IMG/VR virus record: IMGVR_UViG_3300006793_000015
Coordinates: 50,470 to 114,469 of that record
From: a virus
Strand: one strand, 5' to 3'
Length of the DNA stretch: 64,000 nucleotides
The position numbers and the translations under genes are program-made. How positions within the stretch are numbered: position 1 is the stretch's first letter; every line of letters starts with the position of its first letter. Below are positions 28,578-40,300 of this stretch, piece by piece. The notes below the pieces were generated by a model. It was not told the DNA's origin. It did not search any database and saw only the letters and a program-made list of their open reading frames with translations.

Positions 28578-29231
28578 ATGGGTAGACCATTAAACAAAAA
28601 ATATTTTGGTAATACAAATGATTCAGGACTAGGCGGCGAAGGCGTTGCTTCAGTAACAGTCACAGGCGCTGGTACAGGCTATACAGACGGTGATGCAGTA
28701 GTTTTCAGCGCACCTCAACTTCCAGGCGGTGTTACTGCAACTGGTGTTGTTGTTGATGATGGTGCCGACGGCACAGTTAATTCAATATCAATTACTAATG
28801 CAGGTTCAGGCTATACATCAGCACCAACTATTGACTTAACAGGAGAAGGTAACGGAGACGCCACAGCAACAGCCACATTAACCACATCTGGTGTTAACGC
28901 AATCGCATTTTCATCATATGTTGATGGCGGTAGCAATCAAACAGACGGCGATATTGTTAAACAAGTAGCCGCAAGACGCTTCAAAGTTACAAACTCAGAC
29001 GGCACAGGCACATGTAAACTAGTTGCAGCTACACCAAGCGCAGCTGGAGAAATGATGATGAGTGCTACGGACTCATCTGGTAAGACATACTATGTAACAA
29101 AGATTTCTGCTCGCAAAGCAACTTTAACACAGTATGGTGCAGGTGGTCATGAATTTACTGACGGCACATCACAAAAGTGGTCATTTGATTCAGCAGTATT
29201 AAATGATTCAGTACAATTAGATAATAACTAA
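28578..29231 (+). CDS. Virion structural protein (possible head decoration)
   Basis: Follows the capsid gene with its own TAAATA, strong SD and terminator; Gly/Thr-rich with repeated ITxxGxGYT beta motifs. Confidence 0.55.
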   Translation: MGRPLNKKYFGNTNDSGLGGEGVASVTVTGAGTGYTDGDAVVFSAPQLPGGVTATGVVVDDGADGTVNSISITNAGSGYTSAPTIDLTGEGNGDATATATLTTSGVNAIAFSSYVDGGSNQTDGDIVKQVAARRFKVTNSDGTGTCKLVAATPSAAGEMMMSATDSSGKTYYVTKISARKATLTQYGAGGHEFTDGTSQKWSFDSAVLNDSVQLDNN

Positions 29232-29254
29232 GATAGTTATTTTATATTTTATGG

Positions 29255-29281
29255 AAAAGGGTCAGACGTCTGACCCTTTTT
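29255..29281. terminator. Likely bidirectional intrinsic terminator (perfect 26-bp palindrome)
   Basis: AAAAGGGTCAGACGTCTGACCCTTTT. Confidence 0.8.
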
Positions 29282-29340
29282 CTATTGTAAAAATGTATAA
29301 ATAATAGTAACATTAGAAGTAACAATGGAAAACACAAAAT

Positions 29341-30222
29341 ATGGCACAGAATCTAATTGTCAACAGCGATTATAATATTGACGTTGGCGCGAACGAAGTA
29401 AACATTACAGCATCAGAAGTTAACGTTATAGGTAACTTTGTTGTAACAGGTACAACTACAACAGTTGACTCTGCTAATATGTCTGTCACAGATAATAATA
29501 TTGTTCTTAACCAAGGCGAAGCCGGTGCAGGTGTAACATTAGGATCTGCAGGTATTACTGTAGATCGTGGTAGTGTAGATGACGCTACACTTATTTGGGA
29601 CGAAACAACAGATAAGTGGAACTTTAAAGTAGGCGCAAGCACAGCAGACCTAGTAGCAAACGTTTCAATGGACGCGTTAGAATTAGACGGTGTTACTGTT
29701 ACGGATATTATTACAGAAGCAGAAACAATTGCCGCTAACGACAATGACACATCTCTTCCAACATCAGCCGCAGTAAAAGCTTATGCAGACGCAATTGCGA
29801 CATCATCAGCGGCAGGTGGCGCACAATACGATGTACAATACAACACAGGTGCAGGATTAGGTGGTAATAGTAACTTTACTGTAAACTATACTACAAACGT
29901 TGTAAGTATTTTAGGCGAACTTAATGTTGATAACATTAACATTAACGGCAATGATATTATTTCATCTAATGTAGATGGCAACATTACATTAACACCAAAT
30001 GGTGTTGGTAATATTATTTTAGCAAAAGAAACAGGAGTTTCAGTACAGTTAGACTTTACAGATCAAGGCAGTGATCCAAGTGCAACAGCGACAGTGAATA
30101 AGATTTATTCTAAAACACCAAGTGGTGGCGGCACAGGTTTATATTTTGTTAATAATACAACAACTGGTGAGTTTATTAGTAAAAGCAAATCAATTGCTTA
30201 CTCATTAGTATTCGGCGGATAA
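29341..30222 (+). CDS. Virion fibre/structural protein
   Basis: GNFVVTGTTTTVDSAN..VTDN module shared with the long fibre; TATAAATA at 29296-29303. Confidence 0.6.
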   Translation: MAQNLIVNSDYNIDVGANEVNITASEVNVIGNFVVTGTTTTVDSANMSVTDNNIVLNQGEAGAGVTLGSAGITVDRGSVDDATLIWDETTDKWNFKVGASTADLVANVSMDALELDGVTVTDIITEAETIAANDNDTSLPTSAAVKAYADAIATSSAAGGAQYDVQYNTGAGLGGNSNFTVNYTTNVVSILGELNVDNININGNDIISSNVDGNITLTPNGVGNIILAKETGVSVQLDFTDQGSDPSATATVNKIYSKTPSGGGTGLYFVNNTTTGEFISKSKSIAYSLVFGG

Positions 30223-30230
30223 ATATAATT

Positions 30231-30632
30231 ATGGCAATAGCAATCGCAAATTTAGCAAATACAACAGCAACGGCAGTTATTACAGCGGCAAGTGACATCG
30301 CTGTTACTGATATTATTATCTTTAATACAGACTCACATACTGGATCACTTTTTGAATGGAGTTTAAATTTAATTCCAAGTGGTGATTCAAACTCCATTGA
30401 TAACTTACTATATTCTTCAAGTTTAGTGACAACAGGTTATGCAAACTCATTGTATCCTGGGTCAAACATTCATGTTAATACAATAACAGGGTTTATTGGT
30501 AATAAATGGTTGCTATCAACTGGTGATTCATTTGAAGTTACATTGTTTGACGCAAGTAATACATCACCAACATGGTCTGGTACACCAGCATTAGTTCCAG
30601 TAAACGTATTTGTTAACTACATAGGATTGTAA
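30231..30632 (+). CDS. Putative structural protein
   Basis: 133 aa, beta-rich, in the fibre cluster; TAAATA-N5-ATG. Confidence 0.5.
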   Translation: MAIAIANLANTTATAVITAASDIAVTDIIIFNTDSHTGSLFEWSLNLIPSGDSNSIDNLLYSSSLVTTGYANSLYPGSNIHVNTITGFIGNKWLLSTGDSFEVTLFDASNTSPTWSGTPALVPVNVFVNYIGL

Positions 30633-30633
30633 A

Positions 30634-31062
30634 ATGCCTTTTGACGCTTCACAACCACAATACTTTACTCATAATAAAGTTAACTTCGGTAGACAAGACG
30701 CTGTCGGTCTTCCTGCAGGTACTACCCTTGAACGTCCTGGTACACCAAATCCAGGTGATATAAGATTTAATACACTACTTAATTCATTAGAAACATATGA
30801 TGTTGTTAATTTTTGGCAACCTATTAGAATTCCAGGAACTGCTACTATTACTAAAGATACAGACACAGGTGATGGTTCAACAACTGCTTTCAATATGTTA
30901 TCATCAACTCCAGATTCAGAAGAAAATGTTCTTATTTTTATTAATAATATTTTTCAAGAAGCAACAACTGCATATACAGTATCAGGAACAACAGTTACAT
31001 TTACATCTGCCCCACCTAACGCACATGTTATTGTAGCATTAAGCGGATTTGACACTGTTTAA
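30634..31062 (+). CDS. Small modular virion protein
   Basis: Made of LPAGTTLERP...GDIRFN and GDGSTTAF...AYTVSGTTVTFTSAP modules also found in ORFs 34564 and 37316. Confidence 0.6.
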   Translation: MPFDASQPQYFTHNKVNFGRQDAVGLPAGTTLERPGTPNPGDIRFNTLLNSLETYDVVNFWQPIRIPGTATITKDTDTGDGSTTAFNMLSSTPDSEENVLIFINNIFQEATTAYTVSGTTVTFTSAPPNAHVIVALSGFDTV

Positions 31063-31117
31063 TATTTTAAACTCTTATATAAATACTAGTATAAAGTAAT
31101 TTTAAACGGAGAATAGT

Positions 31118-34100
31118 ATGGGTATAGGTCGCGTCTCGGGACCAATGTTACAACCAAATTTGGTCAGGCAAGGTACTGACTTAGCATTTGAAACGGATTT
31201 ATTATATCTCGATGTAACAAATTCACGCATTGGTATTAATCAAAACACGCCGGGTTATTCGTTAGACATTTCAGGCGACCTGCAAGTTGGTAATATCGAA
31301 CTTGATACCAACACTATTACTACAACAAATACAGATGGTAATTTAATATTAAATGCCAATGGCGCCGGTCAAATACAAGTATCAAGTAAGAACATTCAAA
31401 ATGTTCTTGATCCTGTATTAGCACAAGACGCCGCAACAAAAGCATATGTTGATGCACAAATTGGCGGATCCAGCGGTGGTAGTATTACGTTAGGAACTCC
31501 CACTGATGGTAGTTTAACAACATGTAGTGCGTATTTAGGTTGGACCGGATCCACCTTTGTAACAGATGCTATAGATGATTTAAATGAAGTAGTTGAAAAT
31601 ATTCGCAATAATACGTTTGTTAAAGAAGTAGACTTTACTGCTGACCAAACAGTAGGCGGTGCTGGGCTTGTTGTAACGCTAACTATTACCGCAACAGGTA
31701 ATGCTAACAGATATGATATTACTTGGGGTGACGGTAATACAACAACTGGAACAAGTGATAGCACACCAACGCATACATATAACTCTAATGTTGGCTCGCC
31801 ATTTGATGTAGAGGTTAGAGCATATAACAACAGTGGTTGTGGAACAGGTAGCGAAGCAACAAAAGTAAGAGCAAGTTATATTATTATTTACACTGCTAAC
31901 CCAGTAGTAACATTTGCCGCATATACTGCCGCTAGCGGTGGTAGTCCAATTACATATTGGGACGACGGCGATACAGTATACTTTGAAAACGACACAACAA
32001 ACATCGGTGGCGCCACAATACAATACACTTGGGATTGGGGTGACGGAAGTAGTGATGATGTTATCAATACAGACAGTGATGCAGGAGGCAGTGCCGGCGC
32101 AAGACTAGCACACACGTTCACTACCAGTACCGAACAAGAACAAACAAGAACAGTTAGTTTGACACTTGACTCGCATAATACAGCAGACCCAAGTGTTATT
32201 CCAACAGATGATGACACTGCTTATAAAATTTACGATGACCATACTCCAACTGTTACATTAAGTGGAACAACTGGTATTAACGAAGAAGGCACAAGCGGAT
32301 TACCAATTACTTTTACTAACACTACTGAAAGTACAATTGGCAGTTACGCAACATATGGTATACAATACCAATATCAGTGGGGTGACGGCACTTCAAATAC
32401 AACAGTAAATGTCGGCACAGGCGGAAGTGGTGACACAGGTAACACCATTGCTCACACATTTGCACTAAGTTCTGGAAATCAAGCATCTGGAACACCAGTA
32501 GATTATACTGGTAACTTAAGAGTTATTAGTAACCACTCAAGTAGCCCATTTATTAGTTCCAACTTTACAGTTCATGTTGAACCCGATGTTAGAGCAAACA
32601 TTGCGGCTACAGCAGTAACAGTAAGCGATAGATCCGGTGATAATCAATATGACATTTACGATTACACAGACTATAGTGGAAATAACAGAGCATTAGTAAG
32701 AGCAACAAACACTTCGCAAAACGCAGACGATTATGTTTATACGTGGGCAGACGGAGATTCAGATTCTCCAACAGAGGATGGTGTGAGCGCAGGTTCAATT
32801 GGAGCAACATTGGATCACGACTATACAGGCGAATCAACAGGCAGCTATAACTTGTCATTCACTGCGAATGGTACTCCGGACATTACAGCACAAACAGATG
32901 TTGATACAAGCATTACATTTACAATGAATGCAACACCATCTGCTCCTGCTGATTTAAGCACAAAGTCTATTACACTAAGTGACTCGTATCAAGGAACAAG
33001 CCCAAAACTTTGCGCTGGGTTTACAGACAATAGTGCTACAAGTCCATTGGTTGCTGGCGCGTCATTAACAACAACGACAGCAAGACGTTATACAAGTGGC
33101 ACAATTGATACAAGCACAGTTGCTAATGCGTATAATGGATTAAGCGGAACATTAACAGCAAGTATTAACGGTGTTGATAGTGGTAACAAAACATTTACCT
33201 CAGCACTAAACGAAAACGGAACATTTACTTCACTTGTTGTAAGTGACCAACGCGACGCGAATGACACAATTAGTTCAGCAACATACCCAACAGGTTTTTA
33301 CCAAACATTTGATGCTAAGATTACACAATCACTTGGCAGTTACTCTGTTGGTGTAAACGACGAAAGATTAGAACATAGCGCAACAGGTAACACAAATTAT
33401 GTTTCTGTTGTATACGATGATGTCACAGCATCACCGACTATTTCCAGTGTAGGCACATTATCAGAAGGAACTGCTGGCACAAAACGATATATCTCAGGTA
33501 TTCCATACTACAACACAGGAAGCCCAACACTTAACCTAACTGGTGTACAGATCAGTAATTTAACAGGGCAGGCTTATAGAGACACAGGCTCTATTGTTGA
33601 AGTAGATAACGGAACAAACCAAGAAGGTACATCAAGTGCAGGCACAAGTAATACAAACTTTACATACGCACAGATTGATGGTGCTAGTTCAATGCTAACA
33701 GGCGGCATTCCAAACACTGACACAGGTGTTGCCTCACCTTACACAATAGGAACATTATCCGTACCTATAACATCAAGTAGTGTAAGAACTGTAGACAGAG
33801 TAAAAGTTAGAGCATCTAACTGTAACGGAAAAAGTAGTTACTCTGAAGTTACAGCAACAGATATTAACGTCCATACTGCCTCACAATCAGGCATTAATGA
33901 ACTTGTTATTGCTGTAGCAGACAGTTTAGGTAATGGAACATATACAGACGATGGTATTCGAAGCACAGCATTTTTAGCAGAGACTACCGACACGCCAACG
34001 TTTAATGGCGCAACAAACTTTTACACTAGCAGCCTTTATACTGAGTCAAGTGACCCGGGTGTTAGTGGAACAAAAGAAGCAACAATTAGACTTGGTGTTT

Positions 34101-34564
34101 TAGAGTATGACGTAACAGATTACAGTACAGGCTTCCTACCAGTCGGACCTGATCGCAGTAGCGACACTGGAACACAATATTTTACATTTGCTTTCCGTAG
34201 ACAAGTTGTTGCTAACTTTGATATTAACATTACATCAAGTTCAGGAATAAGTGGCTTATGGATTGCCGCACCAGGCACTGCTATTGATAGTGCTAGTGGA
34301 CTCAACGGTTGGATAGATTCAAGCACAACATATGGTGGTAGTGGTGTTCCAGGTAGTGATGTAGGCAACGGCGGTAACGGTAGTGATGGTTGCGCGTTTA
34401 CATCAGGTGATAGAATTGCAACAGGTGTTTCACTAAGTGGTGGTTATACAATGACACTTGGTGCAGAGAACATGTCAAACGCTACAGGTAATGTAGTGTT
34501 GGTAAGAATAGCGTTAGCAAGTGGCGAATCAGTAACCGCACTTAGCGTAGGGGAGGCGGCATAA
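31118..34564 (+). CDS. Large virion protein with tandem PKD/Ig-like domains
   Basis: Four W(G/A)DG...H(T/D)(Y/F) PKD-type motifs; Thr/Ser/Gly-rich; fibre-type N-terminus (QDAATKAYVD). Confidence 0.65.
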   Translation: MGIGRVSGPMLQPNLVRQGTDLAFETDLLYLDVTNSRIGINQNTPGYSLDISGDLQVGNIELDTNTITTTNTDGNLILNANGAGQIQVSSKNIQNVLDPVLAQDAATKAYVDAQIGGSSGGSITLGTPTDGSLTTCSAYLGWTGSTFVTDAIDDLNEVVENIRNNTFVKEVDFTADQTVGGAGLVVTLTITATGNANRYDITWGDGNTTTGTSDSTPTHTYNSNVGSPFDVEVRAYNNSGCGTGSEATKVRASYIIIYTANPVVTFAAYTAASGGSPITYWDDGDTVYFENDTTNIGGATIQYTWDWGDGSSDDVINTDSDAGGSAGARLAHTFTTSTEQEQTRTVSLTLDSHNTADPSVIPTDDDTAYKIYDDHTPTVTLSGTTGINEEGTSGLPITFTNTTESTIGSYATYGIQYQYQWGDGTSNTTVNVGTGGSGDTGNTIAHTFALSSGNQASGTPVDYTGNLRVISNHSSSPFISSNFTVHVEPDVRANIAATAVTVSDRSGDNQYDIYDYTDYSGNNRALVRATNTSQNADDYVYTWADGDSDSPTEDGVSAGSIGATLDHDYTGESTGSYNLSFTANGTPDITAQTDVDTSITFTMNATPSAPADLSTKSITLSDSYQGTSPKLCAGFTDNSATSPLVAGASLTTTTARRYTSGTIDTSTVANAYNGLSGTLTASINGVDSGNKTFTSALNENGTFTSLVVSDQRDANDTISSATYPTGFYQTFDAKITQSLGSYSVGVNDERLEHSATGNTNYVSVVYDDVTASPTISSVGTLSEGTAGTKRYISGIPYYNTGSPTLNLTGVQISNLTGQAYRDTGSIVEVDNGTNQEGTSSAGTSNTNFTYAQIDGASSMLTGGIPNTDTGVASPYTIGTLSVPITSSSVRTVDRVKVRASNCNGKSSYSEVTATDINVHTASQSGINELVIAVADSLGNGTYTDDGIRSTAFLAETTDTPTFNGATNFYTSSLYTESSDPGVSGTKEATIRLGVLEYDVTDYSTGFLPVGPDRSSDTGTQYFTFAFRRQVVANFDINITSSSGISGLWIAAPGTAIDSASGLNGWIDSSTTYGGSGVPGSDVGNGGNGSDGCAFTSGDRIATGVSLSGGYTMTLGAENMSNATGNVVLVRIALASGESVTALSVGEAA

Positions 34565-35841
34565 TGGCAGTTTCAGATAACCAGAAAGTCGACTACCTTT
34601 GGAAAAAGTTAGGATACGGCGCCACCAAAACAGATACAAACGCACTTAAAAAGGCTCCTAACGAAGCCATAGCAAGTCCGCTATTGCTACGCGGTGACAA
34701 AGTTTGGAAGAACGCATCAAGCATTCCTTCCTCAATACCAGGCTCAAGTGCTGGTGTTGTTACTGTTTATACAACAGCCGCACCGCAGGAGTGTACGCAA
34801 GATATCACATCAACAGCGAACAGAACTTGGAAAACAACATTAACAGATTGGATATCACCTGAGATTGGCTCAACATATCAAGTAAAAGTTTATATACATA
34901 CTGCATCTGATGCAGGGAACGCCGCCGCAAGTGGCACACAAGTATTTGCTACAGGTTCCGGTAATGATGACGAATGGTTCTTTGATTACCAAAGTGGCGT
35001 ATTACACTTTGTTGGAGATAACTTACCTAATGGTGTAAGTTTTACAGGCAAGAGTGTTTACATTAGTGGCGCAAGATATACAGGCGACTTCGGCGTAGGT
35101 GGTGATACAGGAGACTTTATATTCTCAACAAATGTAATGTCAACAGGTACTACAAATGGTGACATACAAATTGATCCGGATGGCACAGGGCAGTTAGTAG
35201 TAGTAGGAACTAACTCAATGCTACCCCCTAGTGGTACTACATTAGAACGTCCTGGTTCACCATCAGCAGGTGACTTCCGCTATAACAGCACAGAAAATAA
35301 ACTAGAATACTATAACGGTAGTGATTGGGTATTTTTAGAAAGTTCTAACTATGCGTTAGTAACAAGTGATACATTTACAGGTGATGGATCAACTACTACG
35401 TTTACTTTAAGTACTTCAGCAACAACCAATAATACTATTGTTAGCATTAACGGTGCGTTACAACAGCCAACAACAGCATACAGTGTAAGTGGCACAACAC
35501 TTACTATGGTTGAAGAAATTCATTTAAATGATGTTGTTGAGGCAAGAATTTTTAGCACAGCACTTGCAAGTGTACAAACATTAATTAGAGATGCAGACAA
35601 TGATACTCAAGTAAGAGTTGAAGCAACTACTGACGAAGATACTATTCGATTTGCAACAGCCGGCACAGAAGTTGCTACAATGACTTCTAGTGCTACAGTT
35701 TTTGCTAATGCAGTACAAGTAGCAAGTATGACAACAACAGAACGAAATGCATTAACTGCCGCCAATGGAATGAATATTTACAATACTACAGATAATAAAT
35801 TTCAAGGATACGAGAACGGATCTTGGGCAAACTTTATATAA
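34564..35841 (+). CDS. Modular virion/fibre-associated protein
   Basis: Translationally coupled to the PKD protein; shares GTTLERP, GDGSTTTF and DADNDT.VRVE...DEDTIRF modules with the fibre. Confidence 0.6.
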   Translation: MAVSDNQKVDYLWKKLGYGATKTDTNALKKAPNEAIASPLLLRGDKVWKNASSIPSSIPGSSAGVVTVYTTAAPQECTQDITSTANRTWKTTLTDWISPEIGSTYQVKVYIHTASDAGNAAASGTQVFATGSGNDDEWFFDYQSGVLHFVGDNLPNGVSFTGKSVYISGARYTGDFGVGGDTGDFIFSTNVMSTGTTNGDIQIDPDGTGQLVVVGTNSMLPPSGTTLERPGSPSAGDFRYNSTENKLEYYNGSDWVFLESSNYALVTSDTFTGDGSTTTFTLSTSATTNNTIVSINGALQQPTTAYSVSGTTLTMVEEIHLNDVVEARIFSTALASVQTLIRDADNDTQVRVEATTDEDTIRFATAGTEVATMTSSATVFANAVQVASMTTTERNALTAANGMNIYNTTDNKFQGYENGSWANFI

Positions 35842-35900
35842 GTTAATGTAAATAGCACAACAAACAGTTAACCTAGGTATTATTCAAAATTAAGTGTGCC

Positions 35901-37040
35901 GTGAAAATCAAATTAATATTACTTAAAAATACAGATAAGAATTGCGAGCAGATTGCTGATAGATTGTTTGACTTTACAGAATTTTGTGTTCAGCAAAGAT
36001 ATCCTATACACTCACAAGACGACACAGATCCTATTACTATTGCAGACGAAGATTATATTTTTGTTATAAAAGCGGGGCATGTGTTTTGGGACAGATCAAT
36101 TTTTGATCAGTGTATAGAAGAATCTACCGAAGCAGTAATGGGAAACGAAAACTGGTTTCTAATTAATTGTAAATTACTTGAAGTAGATCCGGTAGAAGCA
36201 CAGTTACGTTTCGAAGCAAACTTCTACGGTGATTGGTATAGCAAATCTATACTAGATTCATATGTAAGCAATAGACCAACAAAAACATTTTCTAACAAGA
36301 TAGAAACACTAAAAGCATTTTGTTATCCTGAAACTTACTATAGCGAAGTAGAACAATTAATGGAAAACTTGGATTATCCTGTTCCTAAAAAGATAGAACC
36401 GTTTGCGTTTGAACTGCGTGAAGCCGCAAGAAATTTAAAAGATGGTTACTATATTATAAACACAGAAGAAGTTAATACATCACATAAGATTGAAAATAAG
36501 TTTGACAACTATATGGGAGTCTGTGGCGGATTAAAAACTTATATTTTATTAGGACAAGATTATTTTACAGATGATACAACTGTACTAATGTTTGATATTA
36601 GTCCTGCGGCAATAAAATGGCAACAATATTTAAGAAACAACTGGGACGGCGAAGTAGAATCTTTTAAACAAGTAACAAATAAGTTTATAGACGCAAATCC
36701 AAACTTAGTAGGAATACAAGATGGAGATCGCACAATTGAAAAATATATTAGTGAAAATAATATTACACAAGAAGATTTAAAACAGTATTGGAATAAGTTT
36801 TTAAGTTTAAATGTAGAGTATAAACAATTAGATCTCTTTAATAACAAGCATATTGAACAACTATTAAAGCATACAGAAGGCAAACATAATACATATTTTT
36901 GGCTCAGCAATTGCTTTCAAATGGAACGCTTAGTATTTCAATATGGATCACACATTAATTTACAAGATAAGTTTATAAAACGCTTCAGAGAAGGGTCTAG
37001 TTCAACGTGCGTTTTTGATATATCCGCGGATTTATTTTAA
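35901..37040 (+). CDS. Hypothetical protein, possibly enzymatic
   Basis: 379-aa ORF with GTG start, AT-richer than its flanks; GVCGGLK...FDISPAAI motif; no family recognised. Confidence 0.6.
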   Translation: MKIKLILLKNTDKNCEQIADRLFDFTEFCVQQRYPIHSQDDTDPITIADEDYIFVIKAGHVFWDRSIFDQCIEESTEAVMGNENWFLINCKLLEVDPVEAQLRFEANFYGDWYSKSILDSYVSNRPTKTFSNKIETLKAFCYPETYYSEVEQLMENLDYPVPKKIEPFAFELREAARNLKDGYYIINTEEVNTSHKIENKFDNYMGVCGGLKTYILLGQDYFTDDTTVLMFDISPAAIKWQQYLRNNWDGEVESFKQVTNKFIDANPNLVGIQDGDRTIEKYISENNITQEDLKQYWNKFLSLNVEYKQLDLFNNKHIEQLLKHTEGKHNTYFWLSNCFQMERLVFQYGSHINLQDKFIKRFREGSSSTCVFDISADLF

Positions 37041-37140
37041 AAATAATATGCTACTATAACTATTTTTATTAGGCAAAATAGTTATTCTAGGCACTTTAAG
37101 TAGCGATTATGTGCTAACACTAAATCATCAAAAATACATT

Positions 37141-37315
37141 TAAATACTCGCATACTATATATGCTCGAGCATATAGATGACCTTTATATATTTTTTCGAG
37201 ATGAAATATGAAGGAATTGTCTGTCATTGGCAGACGAGATCATTCCACAATATGTATATATGGTATATGATAGTCTTCTGAAGGAAGACTTTAAACAGGA
37301 ATGGAGAAATAATAA
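37141..37315 (+). promoter_or_regulatory. Late promoter plus multi-hairpin 5' leader of the long fibre gene
   Basis: TAAATA at 37141; 18-bp palindrome at 37158-37175; GTCTGTCA/TGGCAGAC and AGTCTTC/GAAGACT stems; GGAG SD. Confidence 0.5.
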
Positions 37316-40300
37316 ATGGCTTTAACTAGAATAGATACCGATCAGTTATCAGATGGTGCCGTAACCAACGTTAAGATCGCAGCCGATGCCGCAATTGTCG
37401 GTAGTAAATTGGCAGACGACTTAACATACGGATCCAACTTAACTGTATCAGGTAACCTAACAGTTAACGGTACAACAACAACAGTTGATACCACAAACAT
37501 GTCTATTGAAGATCCTCTATTAGTATTCAGTGCAAACGCAACTGGGTCCGCTACAGCAGACGCTGGTTTCGTTGTAGAGCGTGGTGACGACGCAAACGTA
37601 GGTTTCATCTGGGATGAATCTGCAGATGAGTTTGTCGCTATTACAACAACAGAAACTGGTGGCACAGCAGGTAACGTCACAGTATCAGCATATGCTGACA
37701 TTCAAGTTGCTGATATTACAGCAGTAAATATCGCAGGTACATTGTCAACTGCAACGCAAAACAGCGTTACAACAATGACTGGTTTAACAACAACTGGCAC
37801 CATTGGTACAGGTACTTGGGAAGCAACAGACGTTGGCGTATCACACGGTGGTACAGGTAGTTCAACCGCTTCAGGCGCACGAACAAACCTAGGCGTTGCT
37901 ATTGGCTCAGACGTACAAGCATGGGACGCTCAATTAGATGATATCGCAGCTCTAGCCGTAACAGACGGTAACATTATCGTAGGTGATGGTTCTAACTGGG
38001 TTGCTGAATCAGGTGCAACAGCAAGAACATCACTTGGTGTAGCAATTGGCTCAAACGTACAAGCATGGGATGCTCAATTAGACGACATTGCAGCTCTAAC
38101 CCCAACAGATAGCAACATCATCGTTGGTGATGGCACTAACTGGGTAGCAGAGACAGGTGCAACAGCAAGAACATCACTTGGTGTAGCAATTGGTACAGAC
38201 GTACAAGCATATGATGCAGAACTAGCAGCTATTGCTGGTTTAACATCAGCTGCCGACAAAGGTATTCAATTTACAGGCTCAGGTACAGCCGCAACTTACG
38301 ACTTAACAGCCGCAGGTAAAGCACTACTTGATGATGCAAACGCAGCCGCTCAATTAGTAACACTAGGCTTAACAGCAACAGCCGCTGAACTTAATACTTT
38401 AGATGATATCGCTTCAACAACAGCAGAGTTGAATATCGTAGACGGCGACACAGCCGCAACATCAACAACACTTGCTGATGCAGATCGTGTTGTAGTAAAC
38501 GATGGCGGTACAATGGTACAAGTGGCTCTAACAGACTTCGAAGTTTACTTTGAATCTGCACTAGATACACTAAACAATGTAACATCAGCAAGTTCACTAG
38601 CAACAGTAGGTACAATCACTTCAGGTACATGGAACGGTACATCAATTGCTGATGCATACGTTGACAATGACCTAACAATTAGTGGTGGTACAGTAAACAG
38701 TTCAGTAATTGGTGGAGTAACACCAGCAGCTGGTACATTTACAACATTAACAGCCAACGATCAGTTGGTAGTAGCCGCCGGCGCAACAATTACCGGTGAT
38801 ACAACAGATGAGATTACACTAGCAGTTAAAGGTGTAGGCTCACAAACAGCAAACTTAATAACTGTCGAAATTAGCGATGGTACAGATAAGTTTACAATCG
38901 CAGCCGACGGTTCAGTCGTAATTGCACAAGACTTAACACTTGCTTCAGGTGCAACAGTCACAGCAATCCTAGACGAAGACAATATGGCAAGCGATAGTGC
39001 AACATCATTAGCAACACAACAATCTATCAAAGCATACGTTGACGACCAGGTCGGTGCATCCGCACTGGACATTGCTGGTGACTCTGGCACAGACACAGTA
39101 ACAGTTGGCACAGATACACTAACATTTGATGGTGGTGCAAACATTACATCAGTGGCTACAGATAATCAAATATCTTATGCACTTGATGCAGACGTTACTG
39201 GCTTGACATCATTGGTAGTTGATGATTTAACATTAGATGGTTCAAGCATTACAAACGGTAGTGGTAATATTACACTTAGTGCCAACGGTGGCGCAGGTGA
39301 CGTTATTATTACTGGTGACTTAACAGTTAACGGTACAACAACAACAGTTAACTCTACAGTTACAACACTCGACGATCCAATTATGACATTGGGTGGTGAT
39401 ACAGCTGGTTTAGATGATGACAAAGACCGCGGTGTTGAATTTAAATGGCACAACGGTGTAACAGCAAAAGTTGGTTTCTTCGGTTACGATGATTCCGCAA
39501 GCAAGTTTACATTTATTCCAGATGCAACAATCACTAGTGAAGTAGCAGCTGGTACAGCAGGTGACGTAATCTTTGGTAGCATCGAAGGTACTATTGCAAC
39601 TGCAACACAAAACAGCATCACAACAATGACTGGCTTAACAACAACTGGTACAATTGGAACTGGTGTTTGGGAAGCAACAGATGTTGGCGTAGCACATGGT
39701 GGTACAGGCGCATCAAATGCATCTGACGCCCGTGATAACTTAGGCCTAACAATTGGTACAAACGTACAGGCATGGGATGCACAGTTAGATGACATCGCAG
39801 CTCTAGCAGTAACAGATGGTAACATCATCGTTGGTGATGGCACTAAATGGGTAGCAGAGTCAGGTGCAACAGCAAGAGCATCACTTGGTGTAACAATCGG
39901 TACAAATGTACAAGCATGGGATGCACAGTTGGATGATATCGCAGCTCTAGCAGTAACTGACGGCAACATTATTGTTGGTGACGGTACTAACTGGGTAGCA
40001 GAGTCAGGCGCAACAGCAAGAACATCACTTGGTGTAGCAATTGGTTCAGATGTACAGGCATATGATGCAGAGTTAGCCGCAATCGCAGGCCTAACATCAG
40101 CTGCTGATAAAGGTATCCAGTTTACTGGTTCCGGCACAGCCGCAACATATGACTTAACATCCGCAGGTAAAGCGTTGTTAGACGACGCTAACGCCGCCGC
40201 CCAACGTACAACAATGGGTGTAGCAATTGGTTCAGATGTACAGGCATGGGATGCCCAACTAGACGATATCGCAGCTCTAACTCCAACAGATAGCAACATC

